DNA of 21,239 bases from Candidatus Sigynarchaeum calidifontis (GTDB lineage: Archaea > Asgardarchaeota > Lokiarchaeia > Sigyniarchaeales > Sigyniarchaeaceae), in the NCBI GenBank assembly GCA_030587475.2, contig JAUQYZ020000234.1, positions 1 through 21,239 on the forward strand, read 5' to 3'. The notes below the pieces were generated by a model. That model was not told where the DNA came from. It searched no databases and worked only from the letters and a program-made list of their open reading frames with translations. A program made the translations under genes and the position numbers. Positions within the stretch are counted from its first letter, which is position 1. Each line of letters begins with the position of its first letter. Below are positions 14,641 to 21,239 of the stretch, piece after piece.

Positions 14641-15828
14641 ATGAACTCCGATACCCTAATCTTCGAGATAGGAATCATCATCATCCTCGCCGGGGGAGCG
14701 ACCGTGCTCGCCAGGCGCTTGAGGATCCCTGGCTTGATCGGAGCAATCTTGATCGGGCTTTTCCTCGGAGGACCCGGGGGCGTCGGCTTGATTGTGAACG
14801 TGGATCTCATCACCATCATCTCGATCCTGGGAGCGATCTTGTTGCTATTCATGACCGGGTTAAAATTTGATCTGGACTCATTCTTCAAGATGGGAAGGAA
14901 AGCCTTTCTCATCACGACCTTCGGGGTCGTGACATCATTGTTCTCCGGATTCGTGCTCGGATTGCTCCTGGGCTGGTCGCCGTTCGTATCGTTCCTGCTC
15001 GGGGTCATGATCTCCCCTAGCGGCACGAGTGTACTCGCGTCCATTCTCGACCAGAAGCGAATGGAGGCGTCCGAGACTGGTTCGTTGATAATAACAGCTG
15101 CAGTGATCGACGACGTGGAGGGGATCATCCTCTATTCCGTCGCGGCGGGATTGATCAGATCCGCATCGGTCTCGTGGGTAGACGTCACGAGCGTCACGGT
15201 CGTCTCTATCGTGTTCGTCTTCGGTTCGATCATTCTGGGCAAGAAGGCTTTCCCCCGCTTGGTCTCGGCACTCGAGAAGCACCTCAACCCGGACGTGCTG
15301 TTCATGATACTGCTTGGCATCGGCCTGATCATGGCATTCACTGCCACGATGATCGGCGTGGCTGCGATCACCGGGGCGTTCTTGATAGGAGCATTGATAC
15401 CCACGGAGACAGTCGGCAAGAAAATGGAGGAAAGGCTCGCCCTCATGAAGGACGTGTTTGTTTCGCTTTTCTTCGTCAGCATCGGGCTCATGGTCAGCCC
15501 CGTCGACATGATCTTGTTCCTACCTTTAAGCCTGCTCGTCCTCGGCGTAGCAATCGGGGGACGGCTAGCCGGCGGCGCGATCGGGGTGAGGTTGAGCGGG
15601 ATGAGGTTGAAGGAAGCTTTTGCGTGCGTCGGGAGCCTAGCAATACGAGGAGAACTATCGTTGATCATGGCGCGGGAAGCGATCGTGCACGGAATCGCCG
15701 GGCCCGAGTTCCTCGTGATTGCATTCTTAGTGATCGTCGGATCGGTCCTGATCCTCGTTCCCTTGGTGTTCAAGAAGGAGAGTAAAACGATGCCCGCGCA
15801 AGAAGCCCGAGAACCCATGCCTAGATGA
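14641..15828 (+). CDS. Cation:proton antiporter, CPA2 family (NapA/KefB-like membrane domain only)
   Basis: About 12-13 TM helices with LLLFMTGL, AAVIDD, GAFLIG, FFVSIG and RGELSL. There is no cytoplasmic KTN domain. Confidence 0.9.
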   Translation: MNSDTLIFEIGIIIILAGGATVLARRLRIPGLIGAILIGLFLGGPGGVGLIVNVDLITIISILGAILLLFMTGLKFDLDSFFKMGRKAFLITTFGVVTSLFSGFVLGLLLGWSPFVSFLLGVMISPSGTSVLASILDQKRMEASETGSLIITAAVIDDVEGIILYSVAAGLIRSASVSWVDVTSVTVVSIVFVFGSIILGKKAFPRLVSALEKHLNPDVLFMILLGIGLIMAFTATMIGVAAITGAFLIGALIPTETVGKKMEERLALMKDVFVSLFFVSIGLMVSPVDMILFLPLSLLVLGVAIGGRLAGGAIGVRLSGMRLKEAFACVGSLAIRGELSLIMAREAIVHGIAGPEFLVIAFLVIVGSVLILVPLVFKKESKTMPAQEAREPMPR

Positions 15829-15868
15829 ATCGCGGAAAGGCTCTAGTGGCAACGCGCGGGAACCAGGC

Positions 15869-17896
15869 TCAAGGTATAACGGGGAGTACAACACAAGAAG
15901 GGCGATCCTTGTCATGGTAGATGGTCTGCCGAGCGATCGTGTACTCGCCTTTGTTGCCATTGGCGAGGTTTGAATGAACGCTGTATTTCGGGAAATCGCT
16001 CGACGCGATCGAGACACGGATGCGGTGACCCTTTTTAAAAAGGATCGACGTCGGCCAGAGGTCGAACTCGAACTTGTAGCACTTCCCGGGTTCAAGGAGG
16101 GAGGGCGGTTTCAGAACACCGGCACGATACCGGGCACGTAATCCGAGATCGTCGATGTTGTAGGACTTCCCGTTCGGGTACACGTCGCAGATCTTGACTA
16201 TGAAATCCGTGTCGACAGCTGTCGTCGATGCATAGAGCTCGCATTTCACGGGGCCTGTCATCTCGATACCTCGTGTAAGAGGAGCGGAGGTATAGACGAG
16301 GACATCGTCGCGTGACTCGGCGAGGTGCTGGTCAAACGCGCCCTTTGGGATGAGCAAGTTATTCCCTCCCGCCGTGATTACAGGATTCGCCGGGTCGTGT
16401 AAATATTTGTCGGGTTGCTCGTCAGTGGTGGGCTCGTCGAAGGATAGTGTACCATCGCCCTTACGAGAGTTGGCAGCGCCCGACGAGTGCAAGTAAAGAT
16501 TCTGATATCGGGTGCGTGCCAGCGGCCATTCATGCTCCCACCGCCACGTGTTCGCGCCGAGGGTAAAGATTTTCAAGGGCGGGGTGTTGATGAGGGTTTT
16601 TTCTATGCGGGCCCGCTCCTCTGGGCAGTCATCCTTGAGCCAGTAGTCATACCAGTCAAAGTTGATCACGTTCTTGATGAAGTCGGCGAATCCCCCGTGG
16701 AGGACGTGCTTCACGTCGGGATGACGGATCTCGCCGTGCGCCCACGGGCCGACCACCATCTTGATGTTCTTTCTCGCGAAGGGATCCGCGTTGGCCCGGA
16801 TGTCGCAAAAGTCTTCGAGGGAGAGGCGGATGAACATGTCATACCACCCGCCGACGATGAGGTAGGGGCGCTTGATGTTCTTGGCCTTGAAGTCGAACAT
16901 GCCCGGCATGAAGCGTGAAAGGTGGCCGACGCTGCTCCCGTAGATGAGCTCCATGACGAAACGTTGGTACTTTTCCCGCTCCGGCTTGCTCGCGTGTAAA
17001 TCCAGGCCAAAAACGGCCTTCAATATCGAGACCATCTCCTTCTTCTTGACGGCCTCCATGTCCAGCAGCGTGAATTTCTCCTTCCCGACGGGCAAGTTGT
17101 ACATACTCTTGGCCGGGTTATGAAGGTAGTGGGTCGTGTACTGGAAGTAGTGCATACGTTCTTGTTTCCCGATATTCATGGGGTCGTAGAACCACATGCC
17201 GTCGCACTGGATGCGGCTTAGCGCCGCGCTGAGCTCGTTGATCGAGAGGCCATTGTGCTGTCCCCAGAGGTTGCGGGGCGATGAAACTTGTATACCGAAG
17301 CACGTGATGTCCTCGCTATCATGAACTACCCATTGGGTCATCCCGAGGTATGATGCGCCCCACGTGCCGATCTTGCCGTTGTACCAGAACTGTTTCTTGA
17401 TCCAGGCGATCACGTCCTGGCCGTCCTCTCGCTCGAGGATCGTGAAGCTGTTGATGCCAGTCTTGTTGCTGTGGCCAGTGCCGCGTATGTCTTGCACGAC
17501 GACAACATAGCCGTGTTGGGCGAATGCTTGGCCGATGATCGGCAGCTTGTCTTTCCAGTATGGCATGCGGATGAGGATGGTGGAAAGCTTCTGCTTGCAT
17601 TTGAATGACGATTTCTTGGGAAAATACACGTCCAGGGCGACTTTCACGCCGTCACGCATGGGGATCATGACGTCCTTGATGCGATATGGCGTGCCGGTTT
17701 CGAGCTTGAGAAGGAGCAAGGATTTGATCGCGGAGGATGTTATCGGCCCGAGGGTCGAAAACAGCGGGGACATGATGTCGACGTTCTTGAAGAGATTGAT
17801 GGGTATCATTATTTCCTCGTCCGTGATGAGCCGCGGGGGCCTGTCCTTCACGTTCAAGATACTACCTGGTTCTGGGGGCGGGGTTGTCGTTCCCAT
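15869..17896 (-). CDS. CocE/NonD-family (S15) serine hydrolase with a C-terminal PepX_C-like domain
   Basis: IPMRDGV, RMPY, QDIRGTG, GASYLG (Ser), GGWYD (Asp), GPWAHG (His), DVLVYTS and GHRIRV. The likely start is ATG 17896; the ORF is open to 17959. Confidence 0.92.
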   Translation of the reverse strand: MGTTTPPPEPGSILNVKDRPPRLITDEEIMIPINLFKNVDIMSPLFSTLGPITSSAIKSLLLLKLETGTPYRIKDVMIPMRDGVKVALDVYFPKKSSFKCKQKLSTILIRMPYWKDKLPIIGQAFAQHGYVVVVQDIRGTGHSNKTGINSFTILEREDGQDVIAWIKKQFWYNGKIGTWGASYLGMTQWVVHDSEDITCFGIQVSSPRNLWGQHNGLSINELSAALSRIQCDGMWFYDPMNIGKQERMHYFQYTTHYLHNPAKSMYNLPVGKEKFTLLDMEAVKKKEMVSILKAVFGLDLHASKPEREKYQRFVMELIYGSSVGHLSRFMPGMFDFKAKNIKRPYLIVGGWYDMFIRLSLEDFCDIRANADPFARKNIKMVVGPWAHGEIRHPDVKHVLHGGFADFIKNVINFDWYDYWLKDDCPEERARIEKTLINTPPLKIFTLGANTWRWEHEWPLARTRYQNLYLHSSGAANSRKGDGTLSFDEPTTDEQPDKYLHDPANPVITAGGNNLLIPKGAFDQHLAESRDDVLVYTSAPLTRGIEMTGPVKCELYASTTAVDTDFIVKICDVYPNGKSYNIDDLGLRARYRAGVLKPPSLLEPGKCYKFEFDLWPTSILFKKGHRIRVSIASSDFPKYSVHSNLANGNKGEYTIARQTIYHDKDRPSCVVLPVIP

Positions 17897-18078
17897 AATA
17901 ATCCCGGCGCGGAGAAAGTGATTGTATTTCCGACATTTCCCAAGACACGCGGTCGGCATTAATAGATGATCTCGCCACCGATACCGACGAATGCCGAGTC
18001 ATGTTCCTGTCTATTATGTCTGGGTTGCATCATCATATGTTGCCGATATTCAGCCTCGAAATTTGCTACCACCTTTTC

Positions 18079-18807
18079 CTAGCTATGATCCTCAAGGTTG
18101 AAAACGTCGCTGATAAAAGCGAAGTTCTTGACGTCCTCGTGATCCTTCCCGATGATGATGCATGCCGAAACGATATACATTATGCCCATCATGCGATCGA
18201 AGGGGTCGCCGACGAGGATCATGAAAACACCGATTGCAAGCCACGCGATGGAGAACAGCGACTCGTGCACGCGTTTTTTGCCCACGAACACGCGCACGCA
18301 GCGATAATCGTCGAACGTGCGGGTGGTCATGATGGCGAGAAGTATGGCGAGAATGACCACGTCCAAGTTAACCAGACATTCTATTATAGCATTTACGGGC
18401 CAAGATTCTCTCAAAAATCTACTCGAACCACCGAAATCAATGAATGGCACGAACGAATTGTACTTGATGGCGTTCAACGTGGCCGCTATCAAAGTAAAAA
18501 CACACGAAACGGCAAGGAATAGCCGCCACTTCAAGCCGCCCGGCAGGACATCTTTTAACTCGCGCTTTTGCTCGGTTCGATGCTTCAATATCCCAGCGAG
18601 CAAGCAGCTACCCATGATCGCAAGGATGAAAACCCTAACATGGTGGAGAACGATCAAGTCGATGGAAACGATGTCAAGATTGGCCAACCAGCGCATGACT
18701 AAATAAACGACGTACAAGGCACTCCAGATGAACATTGTCCATATCATGAAGCCATATGATCTTTCTTGCACCGGTTGTTGTGATTCGTTCTTGAACGTGA
18801 TCCCCAT
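18079..18807 (-). CDS. Hypothetical polytopic membrane protein
   Basis: 242-aa ORF with about 6 hydrophobic helices. It fills the gap between the CocE and GH13 genes and is divergent from GH13. Confidence 0.65.
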   Translation of the reverse strand: MGITFKNESQQPVQERSYGFMIWTMFIWSALYVVYLVMRWLANLDIVSIDLIVLHHVRVFILAIMGSCLLAGILKHRTEQKRELKDVLPGGLKWRLFLAVSCVFTLIAATLNAIKYNSFVPFIDFGGSSRFLRESWPVNAIIECLVNLDVVILAILLAIMTTRTFDDYRCVRVFVGKKRVHESLFSIAWLAIGVFMILVGDPFDRMMGIMYIVSACIIIGKDHEDVKNFAFISDVFNLEDHS

Positions 18808-18940
18808 GGCATGCTCGCCTTGATGGCACTCACATCGAACGAGGTCAATTTACGCGTTCAAAGAGTTATACGCTTCGTGCTATCGATAACCGTCATAGAA
18901 TTATATGGCGGCAAGCCCTAGATCCAATTGGTGAAGCTGT

Positions 18941-20656
18941 GTGGCTAGCGAAATCGAACAAGATGCCTGGTGGAAGCGTACGACCGTTTACCAGATCTAT
19001 CCACGCTCATTTTGCGATTCAAATGGAGACGGTATCGGAGATCTCGAGGGCATCATCTCCAAGCTCGATTATCTAGAAGACCTCGGTGTTGAAACGCTCT
19101 GGCTCTCCCCGCCGTACAAGAGCCCCCAGAAGGACTTCGGCTACGACATCTCGGATTACCGGGACATCGCGCCCGAGTACGGGACCATGGCAACGATGGA
19201 GAAGCTCATCGAGGAGGTGCATGACCGGGAAATGAAAATCATCCTGGACATGGTCCTGAACCACACGTCAGACCAGCATCCCTGGTTCATCGAATCCAAG
19301 TCCAGCAAATACAACGAGAAAAGGGACTGGTACATTTGGCGCAACGGCAAGAAGCCAGGCGGGAAGAAACCCCCGACGAACTGGAACGCGGTCACGAGCG
19401 GGAACGGCTGGCATTACGACCCGACTACCGACCAGTGGTACTGGTCCCAGTTCCTGGCCATCCAACCCGATCTTAACTACCGCAATCCAGACGTCAAAAA
19501 GGAGATGCTCGATATTTGCCGCTTTTGGCTGGACAAAGGCGTCGATGGCTTCCGGCTCGACATGATCTCCAGCATCTACGAGGATGCCGAGTTCCGCGAT
19601 AATCCCCGCACGTGGCGGCTTCTCCCCTCCAAGACCGAGAATGCCATGCTTTTCCAGAAGCCCTTGTATACGCTCGATCATCCCGACACGCTTGCCTTCA
19701 TGAAGGAATTGCGCTCGGTGCTGGACGAGTACGAGCCGGTGCGGTTCATGGTCGGGGAGGTATCAGGGCCACTACCCGTCTTGAAAAAATATCTTGGAGA
19801 AAAGGCCGATGGCCTGAACCTCGTGTTCATATTCCAAGCGCTTGGCTTGAAACTCCAAGCCGACCCGGTTCGCAATTTTCTCAAGGACATCGATGAAACG
19901 TTCCCAGACCCGTTCATGCCCACGCTCGTGTTTTCAAACCATGACCGCATGCGACGCATTTCGAGGCTTGGGGGTAGCATCGAAAAGGCAAAACTGAATG
20001 TTGCGCTCCAGCTCACTGCCCGAGGCGTTCCTTTCATCTATCAAGGCGAGGAAATAGGTATGGAGCAGCACAAGTTGCCCATCAAGGATTCGCTTGACGT
20101 GATGGCGAAGAAGTTCATGAAACCTCCCGCGGGAACTGGAAAATTTCCTTGGTGGTTTGTCCAATGGATCAATAATCTCAGCCGCTCGCTGATCGGCGAA
20201 TCGATTAACCGGGACGAGTGCCGCACGCCCATGCAATGGGACGCGACACCGAACGCAGGATTTTGCCCGCCGGACATCAAGCCGTGGCTGCCCGTCACTC
20301 CATCGTACAAGGAACGGAACGTGGCCGTCGAAAGCAAGGAGCCGGACTCCCTCCTCTCTTGTTACATGCGCTTCCTTAGAGCCCGCCAGGTCTCGCCCGC
20401 CCTCAACTCGGGCACGTTCGAGCTGCTGGATCCTGGCAACGCGAAACACCTGGTGATGTACGCGCGACGGGCACCAACCGAAGAAGGACTGCAAGAAACG
20501 ATAACGATCCTCAACTTCAGCGACAAGCCAGCAAAGGTCCTCAACATGTTGGAAGAACAAGCACACGTCCTCGTGTCAACGAGAGCGTCGTACGAGCCCA
20601 TCCACGGCAACTTGATCCTTCTCGCCCCATGGGAGGGGCTCGTCGTGGTCAAGTGA
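18941..20656 (+). CDS. GH13 alpha-glucosidase (oligo-1,6-glucosidase-like)
   Basis: YQIYPRSF, DSNGDGIGD, DMVLNHTS, QPDLN, DGFRLD (nucleophile), VGEV (acid/base), NHD, YQGEEIG and RTPMQW. GGTGA SD lies before the GTG start. Confidence 0.95.
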   Translation: MASEIEQDAWWKRTTVYQIYPRSFCDSNGDGIGDLEGIISKLDYLEDLGVETLWLSPPYKSPQKDFGYDISDYRDIAPEYGTMATMEKLIEEVHDREMKIILDMVLNHTSDQHPWFIESKSSKYNEKRDWYIWRNGKKPGGKKPPTNWNAVTSGNGWHYDPTTDQWYWSQFLAIQPDLNYRNPDVKKEMLDICRFWLDKGVDGFRLDMISSIYEDAEFRDNPRTWRLLPSKTENAMLFQKPLYTLDHPDTLAFMKELRSVLDEYEPVRFMVGEVSGPLPVLKKYLGEKADGLNLVFIFQALGLKLQADPVRNFLKDIDETFPDPFMPTLVFSNHDRMRRISRLGGSIEKAKLNVALQLTARGVPFIYQGEEIGMEQHKLPIKDSLDVMAKKFMKPPAGTGKFPWWFVQWINNLSRSLIGESINRDECRTPMQWDATPNAGFCPPDIKPWLPVTPSYKERNVAVESKEPDSLLSCYMRFLRARQVSPALNSGTFELLDPGNAKHLVMYARRAPTEEGLQETITILNFSDKPAKVLNMLEEQAHVLVSTRASYEPIHGNLILLAPWEGLVVVK

Positions 20657-20657
20657 C

Positions 20658-20954
20658 GTGATGCCATCCCGCTTCTTTTTATACAAGTCAAAGATCTATC
20701 AAGGCCCTAAGCATGCTTGCTATCGCACGCCGCGCAAGCGAGGCGCGAAAAAAATCTGCCCGATTTGCTTCTGGGATGATCATGTCTCCCGAGAATTCGA
20801 TCCCGATTCCATGGTTGATGTAAACTGCGTTTTGCTGCGGGAAACCCAGTACAACTTCATAAAGTTCGGGATCTGCCATACGCGAAGCCGCGGACCCGTG
20901 CAGAAGATGGCAAGGAGCGAGGCATGCGATCCCGATTGGAGACCGATGCAATGA
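20658..20954 (+). pseudogene. Degenerate Cys-rich CPCC-family gene
   Basis: It retains ICPICFWD, DPD, NxxxLRExQxNFxxFGxC and DPDWRP. The diagnostic CPCCG is reduced to AC-YRT, and the start is unconvincing. Confidence 0.5.
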
Positions 20955-21239
20955 TGCCGGATTCTCTTCCACGTTCGTATTCCGATACTTTCTTTTCTCG
21001 CGCTACCCGTGTGGATCGACACGTGTTTTTCGATCACGTTCCATAATTCGATGCTTTTTTTGTCGGCACAATGCACGCTCATTATCAAGGCTGATTTTAC
21101 TTTTCTTGGCCAAAAGGTTCATAGACGTGTGTTTAGATATATACACACACAACCGTATCCAAAACTGGAAGAATCACGATTCACGTTGGTGATCATCTTG
21201 AAAAAAATGATAATTTCCTTCATGCTCATCTCGATAATC

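Noticed and set aside
18001-18522. 173-aa His/Asp-rich plus-strand ORF
   Set aside because: It is the antisense reading of a hydrophobic membrane-protein gene, which naturally yields His/Asp/Asn-rich text.
20780-21122. Minus-strand ORFs near the window end
   Set aside because: They have no recognisable motifs and partly overlap the CPCC-like gene, so I cannot support them as CDSs.
1-21239. Selenocysteine/pyrrolysine readthrough, programmed frameshifts, inteins, tRNA or rRNA genes
   Set aside because: The recognised proteins end at their expected family C-termini. I saw no split domains, intein motifs or RNA-gene signatures by eye.

Overview
A GC-rich, gene-dense prokaryotic window with about 16 CDSs. 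It contains no recognisable rRNA, tRNA, CRISPR array or transposase. TATA-like boxes about 25-30 nt before several starts, GGTGA-type SD motifs and oligo-T tracts after stops suggest an archaeon. An Asgard/Lokiarchaeia-like heterotroph is my guess, not something the sequence proves. In order it encodes: the 3' end of nrdD; a small coiled-coil protein with ATKDD nonad repeats; a polytopic membrane protein with a GH18-like barrel, followed by a membrane-anchored CE15 esterase and a CoA-type Nudix hydrolase; two tandem myo-inositol-phosphate synthase (MIPS) paralogs; peptidase E; a DegT/KdnA-like aminotransferase divergent from an MFS transporter; a PfkB kinase divergent from a KDSR-like SDR and a YdjM-like membrane hydrolase; a CPA2 antiporter; a CocE/NonD hydrolase; a membrane protein; a GH13 alpha-glucosidase; and an eroded CPCC-family gene. 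The most notable element is the first MIPS copy. It carries an N-terminal helix-turn-helix, has a remodelled active site, and lies behind roughly helically phased (A)GTCAC repeats, so it may be an enzyme-derived autoregulator of inositol synthesis. Secondary leads are a possible aminocyclitol or inositol-lipid gene neighbourhood and a eukaryote-type 3-ketosphinganine reductase signature. All family calls come from motif recognition by eye; no database searches were run.
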